Shown here piece by piece: positions 10,901 to 21,220 of a stretch of DNA of 64,000 nucleotides. Below the pieces are notes generated by a model that made no database searches, was not told the DNA's origin, and was given only the letters and a program-made list of their open reading frames with translations. Made by a program: the position numbers and the translations under genes. The DNA comes from a bacterium (GTDB taxonomy: Bacteria; Electryoneota; JAOADG01). The stretch's first letter is position 1, and each line of letters starts with the position of its first letter. Where the stretch lies: assembly GCA_963681965.1 (NCBI GenBank), contig OY820579.1, positions 4,000,001 to 4,064,000 of the forward strand. Direction: 5' to 3'.

Positions 10901-13900
10901 CGTCCGACATTACAAGTATCGAAGGTCACGGTACCTGATCCCGAAGCGATATCGGTCGTTCCACGACGTATGACCATATTCGGATTTCGACCAAATCCAG
11001 TCAAAGCGAAATTGTACGGATTCTTCGTCGCATCGTTGTTCGCAATCGAAATCGTACCGGTCTTTGCACCGGCAGATTGGGGTGAGAATCGAACAGTGAA
11101 GGTAGTACTACCGTTCACAGCCACGGGTGTAGTCGGTTGCGAGGTCACGGTGAAGTCACCAGTAGTTGCGACAATTGGAGTGCCTGTCAAGTTGAGGACT
11201 CCCGGACCGGCATTCGAAATCGTGAAAACGACATCGCTGTTTTGCATCACCCGAGTGGTATCGAAGGCAGTCGTTCCGGTATTATCGGCAATCGTTACCG
11301 TTCCTCGTTTGACCGTCATACTCGGTAATGGACTCACACGCATGGTCATCGGAACATTGTAGGGGGAATTCGATGCGTTACCGGTAAACGTTAACGTACC
11401 TACCGATGAATCACCTGTGACTCGATTGCGACCATCGAATAGCATCGAGAATGCTTGATTCGATCGACTTGGAATCGTGAAACTGGTTGTACTGGGTATC
11501 GCCCACTGAGCCGCATTCTGGAACCGAATAGCATAATTCGAAGACGGGAATGCCGCATTGTAATTCACTTGGATATACTGCGATCGATCGGCATTCTGTA
11601 CACCAATCGTTTGGCTATTTCTCGTCAAACTGGTGATCGTGCCGTATTCAAAGAAAATACGACCGTCGTTATAGAGGATAACCTCGAATGTGGCGTAAAT
11701 CGTTCCTGCGGCAGAACCGACTCGAACACCATTCCAAGCAAAAATTGCTCGATTGTTCGTTGGATCCATCAATATTTTTGTAGTGGCGGTACCATTGACG
11801 TATAAATCATCGAAATAAGGTGCAATGATCGACATAATGTTACTGTACGATCCCGCAATCGGAAAAGCGGTATTGTTGTAATCGGTAGCAGTTGTCGAAT
11901 TGAACGTTATCCAACCGTTCGTACACATCCATACCTGATTGTAAGTAGTACCATAAAATGGGAATGAGAACGGCAGCGTAAATGGACCCGAGATTGCATC
12001 GTCACCAATCGGTCCGTCAGTTCCCGTTGAGGCGTCCACCCATGAATAAGTCGGACCACCGGTTTGTGCCGAGGTAGTATATCCGAATGTTCCAAGGTAA
12101 CTACTTGAAGTCAGAGTACCGGAGAATGCTGCATCCCCGGTATTCGACAATGTGTACGTAACACGCGTCGTATCGCTGGGCGCAACATACTGAACAATCG
12201 GATTCGTCGACAAACTAATCGTTGCTGGACCGGAAACAGTGAAATTGGCATTCGAAGTATCGCCGACTGTCGGAATTAAATCGGACATCACGCGAATTCG
12301 CGCGGTCGATGACGATGGCGATGTTGGAATCCAACCGACCGTGCCGGTATTCGAAATACCTGAGAATAGTGTTTCCCAGACTCCCGAAGGGTAACTACGA
12401 TTCAATTGAACGGTAACAGTACCCGTAACCATCGAAGAAGCCCAATTGATATTGAGTGGCGTAACTCCTGACCAAGTTTCACCGCCGTTGGGTGATGACA
12501 TGATCAGTCGTGGAGATCCGATGATTGCATTGCCTTTCATCGTATCGCCTTCTGCACCGGATGGCGAGGTTACGCGGAAACGAGCCGTGTTGGAAGTTGG
12601 TGCAGTGATTGTCCAATTGATCGCTCCAGTATTCGGAGTATTGATCAGAATCCGTTCCCACGATCCTGATGGGTAACTGCGATTCAAATCGATGTTCACA
12701 TTGCTGGTGCCGAGACGACCACGCCACTGCAGCAGTGTACTCTTACCGATAGCAAGTGAATCGCCACTGACCGGTGATAGGAAATGGAACGCCGAGTCGA
12801 TTGGTGCGGTGGTTATTAACATCGCGTGATTCGATCCGGTTCCGGTCGGAATGCTACTGCTACCTGATGAGTAAGTATTCCACCAGCAATATTCCAATCC
12901 CCGGGTGTACGTACCGTCGCAGATTCCGATCGTACAGTAACTAACACCGGTTTCTCCTCCCGAGTAGACTGTCGGATTGAAGGTCTTATACTGCAATAGC
13001 ATTGGTGCATCGCCAGTCGGAGTCTGGTAATAATGCGAATCGTAGATAATGATCTGACACTCGTTCGCAGTCGGCGTCCAGAGTGTCGTGGTTTTCCAAG
13101 TAATAATGAACCGATGATTGGTCACATCCGAATAAGTATACACTCCCTCATTGGTTCCGGAATTCGTCATATCGCACCAATTCACTGCGACCATATTCCG
13201 TGGACCTTCGAAGGTCGGCAGTCGCCAGTTGCGCGAGAAATTAAAATTCGCTTGCGATCCGAACGCCAACCAATCGTTCGTACAGATTGTCACATTTGAA
13301 AAGTCGGTACCGTAGTATTTCACACCAAACGGTAGATTTACTACCACCGAAGAGTCGGTGTACTCATTGATATCGTTCATTCCCAAGCGCGTACCGGGAC
13401 CACCAAGCGCCGGAATAATTTCCACCCAACTATAGGTCGGAGCATTCGCGTAATTCAAATCGGCATCGTCGTAGATGTAATAACCGTATGCATCCGGACC
13501 AGTAGGATCGGTGGCACGTTTCGAACCGACTGTAACGTTGAATGTGATCGTATCGTAAACCGATCCGTTGGAAAATACTGCCATAAATGGTACTTGAGTT
13601 CCCGGCAGCACTTGTGAGTTGGCAAAGATCGTCCATGGCGAACTGGCATTGTTGACGTTTACTTCGATGGGTAGTGTCGCATATTGACTAGTAGCGCTCG
13701 TGACCGACACACCACTCAGCAGCGAAGTCAAAATCGCCGTGGTCGGTGTCGTTATCGCCAGACCGCTGTCGTTGTCCACCGTTACAGTTAATTGCACCGA
13801 TGTGCCGGGGATCCAAGTGCTCGAGGTAGTTGAAGAGATGTAACTCAAATCGAGCGATCGAACGATCAATGGGACGGTCACCGTACGTGACCCTTGATCG

Positions 13901-16299
13901 GTGACAATGTCCAATTGCATCGGAATCGTGTCGCAATCCTTCAATCCGCTCAACAATTGTAATCGGTACGGGGCGTTGCTTGCGATCGTGCTATTGCTAG
14001 CGATTGCCACCCACGATTGCAACGGATTGGTAACAACTACTCGCGAATCGGTACTGGTTAACGTTCCTCGAACGTTGGTGGCAGACGTTGTACCACGGTT
14101 GATTAGCGATACTGTCAGGTCTAGAGTTTCACCCGGATTGGCAATACCATCCAGGTTTCCAATACGTCCACTGTTGTTATCGTCGGCAATCGTAGTCGAT
14201 GCGAAACAGAGATCCGTGGAAGCTTGAGTGATTGCAATTGTATCGATGATTGGAATGACGTTCAGACCGACTTTATTGCCGGTAATCGTAACAAACATAC
14301 TTCCAGAGGTAACATTCGATAAGGTCAGTAATACATTTCCATTCGAAGTCGTCATATACCGATCGTAGGTTTCATATACGCCACTGACATTCTTTTTCCA
14401 AGCAGTGACCAATGCGCCTTCGAGTGGGGTTGTTCCTTGAAGTACTTGGAACGACAACCGGTTCTGTCCGATCGCAAGTGTTTGTGGAATATTAGCAGTA
14501 ATTGCCCGAGGAACCCCAGTCCAAATATTGACGGAAAGATCACCCATTGCATTGTTCCAAAAGATAAAATTAGAACGATTTGGTTCATCCGAAGCCGGGT
14601 AATTCCGCCACATTTGATACTTGCCTTCGTAATACATCGGTCCAGGCTGTCGCAAGTTTTTTACGCCGAAACCGTAGAAAGTTCCTGCCGAAATAACATT
14701 ATTGTGTCCGGGATTGGTACCAGTTGTAGAGGTTGCGAAGCCAGTGATTGCACCACGCGGTTGCGTCGGCGTTCCTAATTTGGTGATACCTTCCTGAAGT
14801 CCGTTCGTCGCACCATACCAGTCACCGGATCCACACGTCACATTCAACGAGATAAAAGGTTTGTTGTAATTATTGATATTGGTAAAATCGCTTGTCGACA
14901 TTTCGCCAACCCACGATTCGCGATTCGCCCAAAAAATAGCACCGGGGGTTAATCGGCTGGCAATCAGCGTTGCACTGAATGGAGTTCCGGTACTGTTATA
15001 CTCGTCATATACGGTATTAGTGATACCACGGGCATTCATCATCGAAAGGCAGTAGCGGACATTCGGACGATTGGAATACACATCGTGATTCGTTCCAGCG
15101 TAACCCCATCCATAAGTATACCATGTGGTATCCGAACCGGTAGAACCCATGTAGGGTGTTCGTTCGTAATTCATCGATTTATTGATTTGAGTCTGCAATT
15201 CCTGTGCGGTGGTGCAGCTAACGCGACCGACCCATGCGTCGGCAATCGTATCATTTCCGGCGATCATCGCAAACCCGTGATCGCTGGCAGTATTCCAAGT
15301 ACTCAACGTATAGGAGGGAAGATAATAGTCACCGGAAGTACCACCATCACCGATCAGTAGGACTGTTTCAAGAGGTGGATCCCAAGTATTGTATGCCGTG
15401 TTAATGATTGGCTGAAGATCAGAGGTCGCGGAACCGGTGCCATTCGGAACGATAATCTGGCAGGGACGACCCGAAGCAGTTTTCCAATTTGCCCACGGTT
15501 GCAATGTTGCAACTAGATTGGTGCGAGCGATCATCAGGATTTGACCGGGCAATGCGCGTTGCGATTCATTCTGGAGATCTTCCGCGCCGATGATATCGCT
15601 ATATATTGCCGCAAAACTTGGAACCGCATGGGATCGGGTTGTTAACAATTCATTGATACCCATACCACCGGTGGGAACGCTTTCGATTTGAATCGACTTG
15701 TACACCCGCAAGATTTTGCGTACCGGATTATATTGAACCGGTAGAACGCCTAATACCGATGTTCGCGCATCGCGAATCAGTGCAGGTGTAGATAACCACG
15801 CGAGATGTTCGGGAAACCACGCATCGGTTTTGTATTGCGTTTCGTCAAAAGAGAATTCCTCCGGAACCAGCGTGTTTCCCTTCTTCACCAGATTTGTCGA
15901 TTGCTGTGGCATGATATCCACATTGTAATATTCGACAAAGTCGCCCGGAGTGACTTTTAATTCTACATTGCCCCGATTCGGTAAGCGGATGGCACGCGGA
16001 ATCATTGGCAATGCCGGCTTGCCAACTTCCCATAGACGCGATTCACCATCGATCGTCACCAATGTCCATTCGCGATTATTGGCGGAAACCTGTTCCATCT
16101 TGATCGCCGGATCGCGAAAGGCGATTTGGAGGTGCCCGATACCGAATTCTTTATGATCGACTGTTACATTCTGATCGGTTGGGATACCGGATATCGCATC
16201 GTCGACCGGTTCCCAAGGGCGAGCGGCAAAAAGTTGAGTCGTAACTAGTAGCATAAAAATGGCGATAGTTGCCATTCGAGCATTGCGGAAAAAAGTCAT
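7924..16299 (-). CDS. Giant secreted C25 (gingipain-like) peptidase-family protein with propeptide, GPDxYGY nidogen-like domains, 8 tandem Ig-like (choice-of-anchor-D/ASH-like) repeats and an FN3-like end
   Basis: Signal peptide; C25 propeptide motifs (G.PALPMI, PVQYNP); LLIGD, SDH.F, GRVS, NVTCGSGDW, NAMGD; eight ~115-aa repeats 'F.I.N.G...L.L.G.P.V...G.F......F..RF.P'. Confidence 0.85.
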   Translation of the reverse strand: MTFFRNARMATIAIFMLLVTTQLFAARPWEPVDDAISGIPTDQNVTVDHKEFGIGHLQIAFRDPAIKMEQVSANNREWTLVTIDGESRLWEVGKPALPMIPRAIRLPNRGNVELKVTPGDFVEYYNVDIMPQQSTNLVKKGNTLVPEEFSFDETQYKTDAWFPEHLAWLSTPALIRDARTSVLGVLPVQYNPVRKILRVYKSIQIESVPTGGMGINELLTTRSHAVPSFAAIYSDIIGAEDLQNESQRALPGQILMIARTNLVATLQPWANWKTASGRPCQIIVPNGTGSATSDLQPIINTAYNTWDPPLETVLLIGDGGTSGDYYLPSYTLSTWNTASDHGFAMIAGNDTIADAWVGRVSCTTAQELQTQINKSMNYERTPYMGSTGSDTTWYTYGWGYAGTNHDVYSNRPNVRYCLSMMNARGITNTVYDEYNSTGTPFSATLIASRLTPGAIFWANRESWVGEMSTSDFTNINNYNKPFISLNVTCGSGDWYGATNGLQEGITKLGTPTQPRGAITGFATSTTGTNPGHNNVISAGTFYGFGVKNLRQPGPMYYEGKYQMWRNYPASDEPNRSNFIFWNNAMGDLSVNIWTGVPRAITANIPQTLAIGQNRLSFQVLQGTTPLEGALVTAWKKNVSGVYETYDRYMTTSNGNVLLTLSNVTSGSMFVTITGNKVGLNVIPIIDTIAITQASTDLCFASTTIADDNNSGRIGNLDGIANPGETLDLTVSLINRGTTSATNVRGTLTSTDSRVVVTNPLQSWVAIASNSTIASNAPYRLQLLSGLKDCDTIPMQLDIVTDQGSRTVTVPLIVRSLDLSYISSTTSSTWIPGTSVQLTVTVDNDSGLAITTPTTAILTSLLSGVSVTSATSQYATLPIEVNVNNASSPWTIFANSQVLPGTQVPFMAVFSNGSVYDTITFNVTVGSKRATDPTGPDAYGYYIYDDADLNYANAPTYSWVEIIPALGGPGTRLGMNDINEYTDSSVVVNLPFGVKYYGTDFSNVTICTNDWLAFGSQANFNFSRNWRLPTFEGPRNMVAVNWCDMTNSGTNEGVYTYSDVTNHRFIITWKTTTLWTPTANECQIIIYDSHYYQTPTGDAPMLLQYKTFNPTVYSGGETGVSYCTIGICDGTYTRGLEYCWWNTYSSGSSSIPTGTGSNHAMLITTAPIDSAFHFLSPVSGDSLAIGKSTLLQWRGRLGTSNVNIDLNRSYPSGSWERILINTPNTGAINWTITAPTSNTARFRVTSPSGAEGDTMKGNAIIGSPRLIMSSPNGGETWSGVTPLNINWASSMVTGTVTVQLNRSYPSGVWETLFSGISNTGTVGWIPTSPSSSTARIRVMSDLIPTVGDTSNANFTVSGPATISLSTNPIVQYVAPSDTTRVTYTLSNTGDAAFSGTLTSSSYLGTFGYTTSAQTGGPTYSWVDASTGTDGPIGDDAISGPFTLPFSFPFYGTTYNQVWMCTNGWITFNSTTATDYNNTAFPIAGSYSNIMSIIAPYFDDLYVNGTATTKILMDPTNNRAIFAWNGVRVGSAAGTIYATFEVILYNDGRIFFEYGTITSLTRNSQTIGVQNADRSQYIQVNYNAAFPSSNYAIRFQNAAQWAIPSTTSFTIPSRSNQAFSMLFDGRNRVTGDSSVGTLTFTGNASNSPYNVPMTMRVSPLPSMTVKRGTVTIADNTGTTAFDTTRVMQNSDVVFTISNAGPGVLNLTGTPIVATTGDFTVTSQPTTPVAVNGSTTFTVRFSPQSAGAKTGTISIANNDATKNPYNFALTGFGRNPNMVIRRGTTDIASGSGTVTFDTCNVGRSVDQVLTIANTGNFALNLTGTPIVTTTGSFSVVTQPATTIAVGGTTTFTVRFTPGLTGINSGTLSILNTDTLHSPYQINLTGFANGPQISVRDGALNIARNDTALFDTTSLSHSVDLPLSLFNGGNQTLTMTGNPLVSTTGNFSLFTRPAINIAAAGSSTFILRFTPTTIGMNYGTATILSNDSLRSPFTFTLAGYVAAPVMAVRLGATAIPSGSSTVVYDTTTFLRNVDLTFSIFNTGNRTLNLTGTPLVTVPTGYRITSLPTTSIVAGGSTTMTIRFTPPALGDISGTVTIANSDSTHNPYTFNVTGYVRAPSIEVYSGTTEVPTSTGRVVFDTTQIWRPIDVTLSIRNTGNMPLNLTGTPAVHTTGNFSVVTQPTSPISANGSANFVVRFTPTEMGAATGSVTIASNDTLNPTYTFNLSAYVATPVVEVLYGSQTIVNHLSTVSFDTTLLGETIELPIYIRNIGNHHLDLSGSPIVTTTGNFTISLQPANTVNPGELTEFYVHFTPTVAGISSGTISFNCSDSLNSPFEFGVTCIALSPQISLSIGGVPIPSESTVAVDSTALGHSVDEIFTISNTGDFELNLTGSPAVTVTGDFAIASYPSASILQPGESTTFTIRFTPSVYGVSYGTVVIPSSDLLNTPFTFQVMGNTSAPVIGLRRGLIAIANGGSVPTDTTFVGLYRDISYKIYNYGESPLQLTGSPRVTATGSYSVQTQPDSVIAGGSLSIFVIRFTPTSAGLSSGTISIENNDLLRNPFTFVVSGFGIEPFSSPSNLQIVLDNRQSVLSWSAAAGTFDGYEVYRGTTGYFAIDTVSKSNLVATIGNESTSWTDTSSLPAKYYRITAYHHISINSSSASTSSVHAEGENRGSTDLSISPVTAVSRSVPKVIPTTQRKTTVSPSVRQIRRGHGRIVSDANRGSVAPTLSILPINVNASVTVDEKGNVDRSIRRNDGITVKGTGRVIVEIIDLGTASHSSTGLPRAESQRNNFQK

Positions 16300-16785
16300 A
16301 GAGATCTCCTGTACAAACGTTCACTGCTTCGTCAGTCCTTAACGAAATTGAAGATCTCGAGAAATTGATATGCTGATATCGATACGGCGAGAATCAGCCA
16401 GCTTTAAAATCAATGCTGCAATTCACGAGAGGAGACAAGACGATGTTTTTGTTATAGTTCTATAACTCAAACAATGTAAAGTAAGGTCTGTCAAATGCTC
16501 AGACAAATAGACTACTACTCGCGTTTAATATGTGATCTAGACCCTGTTTGAATTGAAATATTGCATTTATTCCATCATAATTATTATAAATACTGAACAT
16601 AAACCTATATCAATGACACCATCGAAATGGATTTTCGTGACGATTATTTATGTAATAAAATCATCTTTACAATAAACCCTATAGAACGGTTTGAAACCAA
16701 TTATTTTGTTCTTTCAGTGAAGCAGTTATATTGAATCTAATCTTCTTCGTTTAACTGACTTGGGTATTTTTCTGGTTTTCTCGCC

Positions 16786-18003
16786 GTGAACTCACAAGTA
16801 AAACACATCGTCCGTGCCTTCGATCACCGCAATTACCGCCTGTTTTGGGCAGGTCAATCGGTTTCGTTAATCGGTACATGGATGCAGTCATTAGCACAAG
16901 GATGGCTGGTTTGGCGTCTTTCGCATGACGCTTTTCTACTTGGTGTTGTCGGAGCGGTATCGCAAATTCCATCCCTGCTGTTCGGATCGATCGGAGGTGT
17001 CATTGTCGATCGAACCGTAAAGCGAAAAGTCCTCTTCATCACTCAAGCCGGGATGGCGCTATCCGCACTTCTGCTCGCAATCGTAACCTACACGAACATT
17101 GTCACCGTCGAGTATGTACTCATCATTGCCACGATTTCCGGTATTTTCGGGGCAATCGACGCACCGGCGCGGCAGGCATTTATTCACGATCTGGTTGGCA
17201 GAGACGATCTCGGAAACGCGGTAGCACTGAATGCAACAACGTTCAATGGCGCAAGGTTAATCGGACCGTCGATTGCCGGACTGATGGTGCCGATCATCGG
17301 TGAAGCCGGTTGTTTTACATTCAACGCACTTTCGTACTGCGCTTTGATCGTCACTTTAACGATGATGACCAACCTCCCGGAGCCAATTACAACCCAACGA
17401 AAACCGATCGGACATGAGTGGAAAGAAGCATTCTCATATATCCGAAAAACACCCTTGCCGCGCGCACTCATCCTGAACACGATCGTGTATAGCGCTTTCG
17501 GATTCGCGTATACGGTGTTGATGCCGGTGTTTGCCGATAAAATTCTCGATGTCGGCGTTCGCGGGATGGGGATGTTGATGGGTGCAGTCGGTGCCGGAGC
17601 GCTGATTGGCGGCGTATGGATGGCATCGTTTCCAACCGGTTCCAAACGCGGAATGATGGTCATCTTCGGGGCGATGGGATTTGCGATCGGTGCGATTGGA
17701 TTTTCGTTATCGACATATGTGCCACTATCACTTCTTTTGCTGGCGATGATCGGTTTCTCGAGCATCACAATGCTCTCTTCGACCAACACACTCCTGCAAA
17801 TGCATGCGCCGGATCAATTACGCGGGCGCGTCCTTGGCTTTTATACAACCAGCTTTATGGGAACAGCACCGATCGGGAATTTTCTGGTTGGTGTGTTAGC
17901 CGCCAAAATCGGTTCGCAGTGGGCACTCACCAGCATCAGTGTATTCTGTCTGGTGATCGCACTGCAGACTGTAGTAGTGAACAAACACGTTCGTGCCGTT
18001 TAA
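16786..18003 (+). CDS. MFS transporter (MFS_3/H+ antiporter-like)
   Basis: About 12 hydrophobic segments; RNYRLFWAGQ.VS.IGTWMQ, D.PARQAF and P..LRGRV motifs. Confidence 0.9.
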   Translation: MNSQVKHIVRAFDHRNYRLFWAGQSVSLIGTWMQSLAQGWLVWRLSHDAFLLGVVGAVSQIPSLLFGSIGGVIVDRTVKRKVLFITQAGMALSALLLAIVTYTNIVTVEYVLIIATISGIFGAIDAPARQAFIHDLVGRDDLGNAVALNATTFNGARLIGPSIAGLMVPIIGEAGCFTFNALSYCALIVTLTMMTNLPEPITTQRKPIGHEWKEAFSYIRKTPLPRALILNTIVYSAFGFAYTVLMPVFADKILDVGVRGMGMLMGAVGAGALIGGVWMASFPTGSKRGMMVIFGAMGFAIGAIGFSLSTYVPLSLLLLAMIGFSSITMLSSTNTLLQMHAPDQLRGRVLGFYTTSFMGTAPIGNFLVGVLAAKIGSQWALTSISVFCLVIALQTVVVNKHVRAV

Positions 18004-18023
18004 ATAATTCAACGCGCTAAAGT

Positions 18024-18058
18024 AAAAAACTGGTATACTATTCGTGTACCAGTTTTCT
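18024..18058. terminator. Probable bidirectional terminator between convergent MFS and cusA-like genes
   Basis: AAAAAACTGGTATAC-tattc-GTGTACCAGTTTT inverted repeat. Confidence 0.65.
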
Positions 18059-18078
18059 GTTCGAGCCTTCGTATTCTG

Positions 18079-21000
18079 CTATTCACCGATATCGGATTGC
18101 CGGATCGAGCCGTGTTTGTTAATCTCATGCTCCTTCATCAATGCAAAGATTACCGGTGTCACGAGCAGCACGTGGATCGCCGAGGTCAGCAGACCACCCA
18201 CCATCGGTGTTGCAATCGGTTTCATCAAATCGGCACCGGTACCGTGGGACCACATGATCGGGAGCAATCCCAGCATCGAGGTTCCAACCGTCATTAATTT
18301 CGGACGCAACCGCAACACACTTCCGGCTTCGATTGCTTGGTACAAACCAACACGATCGACTGGACCCAGTTTAATCCTTCGATTCAGTGCCTCATGCAAA
18401 TACACCACCATCACCACACCGGTTTCGACGGCAACTCCATAGAGTCCGATGAAACCGACCCAAACAGCAACACTGAAATTGTATCCGAGAAACACCATCA
18501 GCAGCGCACCGCCCGTCAGCGAAAACGGAACGGACAACATCACCAATCCGGCTTCGGAAAAGCTCTTGAAGGTCAAGTACAACAGCAGGAAGATCGTAAT
18601 AAAGACGATCGGCATGATGATCAACAAGCGGTGTTTGGCGCGTACCTGATGTTCCCACTGTCCCGACCATTCCAGATAATAACCGGGAGGTAATTTCAAA
18701 TCGCGATCCAATACTGATTTTGCTTCGTTGACAAACCCGCCCAAATCGCGGTTGCGAACATTCAAGTAGACGATGCTCCGCAAATAGGAATTTTCCGAAG
18801 CAATCATTGGTGCACCACTACGCAAATTAATTGCAGCAAGCTGAGATAACGGGATTTGCGCACCACTCATCGTCGTAATCACGATATCGCGCAAAGCTTC
18901 CGGCGAATCCCGCAGATCGTGTTGATACCGTACCTGCACGCCATAGCGCTCGCGCCCTTCGACGGTTTCGGTAACGACCATTCCTCCAGTTGCCGCTTCG
19001 ACGGTTTTCAGAACCTCTTCCATCGACAGACCGTAGCGCGCAATTGCTTCACGATCCGGTTTGACATCGAGGTAATTGCCGCCAATTACCCGTTCGGCGA
19101 ACACATCTGCCGAACCGGGAACCTTCTTCAGCAGTTGTTCGGCTTGAATGGCGAGTCGTTCCAATTCCACCAAATCGTTACCCATGATCTTGACACCGAG
19201 ATCGGTCCGGACACCCGTTGCAAGCATGTTGATCCGGTTGATGATCGGTTGCGTCCAACCATTCGAAACGCCGGGTATCTGCAATTTCGCATCCAACTCC
19301 GAAATGATATCGTCGCGAGTGATCCCTTTTCGCCATTGGGTGTGGGGCTTCAGAAGAATGATTGTTTCAATCATACTGACCGGCGCCGGATCGGTCGCAG
19401 TTTCTGCACGCCCTACTTTCCCCAGCACCAGCGATACTTCAGGGTGCGCTGCGATGATTTTATCCTGAACCTGTAGAATTCGTTTCGCCTCAATGATCGA
19501 CACATTCGGCAAAGTAGTCGGCATGAACAGCAGGCTCCCCTCATCCAATGCCGGCATAAATTCGCTGCCAATACGGGTCATTAACAGAATAGTAATCACT
19601 AGTACAGCGATATTGATCAGTAACGTTGTCCATTTGTACTTCAGTGCCAATTGCAGAATCGGTCGGTACATCCGGTTCAACCAGCGCGAGAGAAAATTAT
19701 CGTCTTCGTGCCGCAATTTACCCCGCAGCAATAACGTGCACAGTACCGGTGTGAGGGTGATCGCCAGAATTGCCGATGCCAGCATCGCCAGTGTTTTCGT
19801 CAGTGCCAATGGGAAAAACAGTTTCCCCTCCTGCCCTTCCAACATGAAGACCGGGAGGAACGAGAGCACGATAATCGCCAACGAGAAAAAGATCGGTCGC
19901 CCGACAGTACGACACGCAGAGAGGACCGTTACTAAAATATTTTTGCGGTCATCGTCGGTTCCCTCGGATAGCCGCCGGTAAGCGTTTTCGACAACGATGA
20001 TGCCGGCATCGACCATCACCCCGATGGCAATCGCGATTCCCGAAAGCGACATTAAATTCGACGTTACCCGCGCATAGTACATCCCGATGAATGCGGCAAA
20101 AATGCTAAGCGGAAGTGCAATGACGACGACAACCGCGCTTCGGAAATGAAACAGGAACATCAACACGATAATCGAGACAATAATCGTTTCTTCGAAGAGC
20201 GATTGACGTAAGGTATTCAATGCATTCTCGATCAACTCACTGCGATCGTAAGCCATCTCGGTGTGAACGCCTTGCGGTAATCCTGTTTTTAGAGTTTCTA
20301 ATCGTTCCTTTACGCGATCGATCACATCCTTCGCATTGGCTCCGTAGCGCATCACAACAATGCCGCCGACGACTTCGCCGTTGCCATTCTTGTCAAGCAA
20401 TCCGCGCCGTGGCGCGCCACCTAACTGCACCGTTGCAACATCGCCGATATGTACCGGAACCCCATTCGGCGGCGTCATCACAATGGCTTGTTCAAGATCT
20501 CGCGGCGAATCGATGTAACCCAACCCGCGAATCATGTACTCCATCGATGAGCGTTCCATCAGCCCACCGCCGACATCGAGATTGGATTTCTTCACCGCAT
20601 CCATCACCATCATCGTCGAAACGCCGTACAACCGAAGTTTGTTTTGATCGAGCATCACCTGATACTGCTTGACGAAGCCTCCGATACTGGCAACTTCCGC
20701 CACACCATCGACTGCGGATAGTGCCGGTTTCAGATACCAATCCTGCACCGATCGAAGTTTCGCCAAGTCGTAACCGGCACCCTCGACGGTGTACCAATAC
20801 ACGTGTCCGACGCCGGTACCGTCCGGTCCAATCATCGTCATGGCATCGCTTGGCAGTGCATTGCGAAGTTGATTCAACCGTTCCAGAATTCGCGTACGTG
20901 CCCAATAGATGTCGGCATTGTCCTCGAAGATCACATAGATCATCGAGACTCCGAACATCGATTGACCGCGAACCGCCTTCACTTTCGGCATTCCCCGGAA

Positions 21001-21216
21001 TCCCGCTTCCAGTGGATAGGTGATCTGGTTCTCGACCAATTCCGGAGCACGACCCATCCAATCGGTCATCACGATGACTTGATTGTCCGATAGATCCGGT
21101 ATCGCATCGACCGGTGTCTGCTTTAACGCCCAGAATCCCCACAGTGCCAGAAACAATACCGCAATCAGAACGAATACCCGATTATGGAGACTTGCCGCGA
21201 TAATTTTCTCAATCAT
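18079..21216 (-). CDS. cusA: CusA/CzcA family heavy-metal efflux RND permease
   Basis: PVDAIPDLSDNQVIV, GPDGTGVG, IGSEFMP.LDEG, GRAETATDPAP.SMIET, RINMLATG (Cu/Ag-type Met residues) and RLRPKLMT. Confidence 0.92.
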   Translation of the reverse strand: MIEKIIAASLHNRVFVLIAVLFLALWGFWALKQTPVDAIPDLSDNQVIVMTDWMGRAPELVENQITYPLEAGFRGMPKVKAVRGQSMFGVSMIYVIFEDNADIYWARTRILERLNQLRNALPSDAMTMIGPDGTGVGHVYWYTVEGAGYDLAKLRSVQDWYLKPALSAVDGVAEVASIGGFVKQYQVMLDQNKLRLYGVSTMMVMDAVKKSNLDVGGGLMERSSMEYMIRGLGYIDSPRDLEQAIVMTPPNGVPVHIGDVATVQLGGAPRRGLLDKNGNGEVVGGIVVMRYGANAKDVIDRVKERLETLKTGLPQGVHTEMAYDRSELIENALNTLRQSLFEETIIVSIIVLMFLFHFRSAVVVVIALPLSIFAAFIGMYYARVTSNLMSLSGIAIAIGVMVDAGIIVVENAYRRLSEGTDDDRKNILVTVLSACRTVGRPIFFSLAIIVLSFLPVFMLEGQEGKLFFPLALTKTLAMLASAILAITLTPVLCTLLLRGKLRHEDDNFLSRWLNRMYRPILQLALKYKWTTLLINIAVLVITILLMTRIGSEFMPALDEGSLLFMPTTLPNVSIIEAKRILQVQDKIIAAHPEVSLVLGKVGRAETATDPAPVSMIETIILLKPHTQWRKGITRDDIISELDAKLQIPGVSNGWTQPIINRINMLATGVRTDLGVKIMGNDLVELERLAIQAEQLLKKVPGSADVFAERVIGGNYLDVKPDREAIARYGLSMEEVLKTVEAATGGMVVTETVEGRERYGVQVRYQHDLRDSPEALRDIVITTMSGAQIPLSQLAAINLRSGAPMIASENSYLRSIVYLNVRNRDLGGFVNEAKSVLDRDLKLPPGYYLEWSGQWEHQVRAKHRLLIIMPIVFITIFLLLYLTFKSFSEAGLVMLSVPFSLTGGALLMVFLGYNFSVAVWVGFIGLYGVAVETGVVMVVYLHEALNRRIKLGPVDRVGLYQAIEAGSVLRLRPKLMTVGTSMLGLLPIMWSHGTGADLMKPIATPMVGGLLTSAIHVLLVTPVIFALMKEHEINKHGSIRQSDIGE

Positions 21217-21220
21217 CGTG

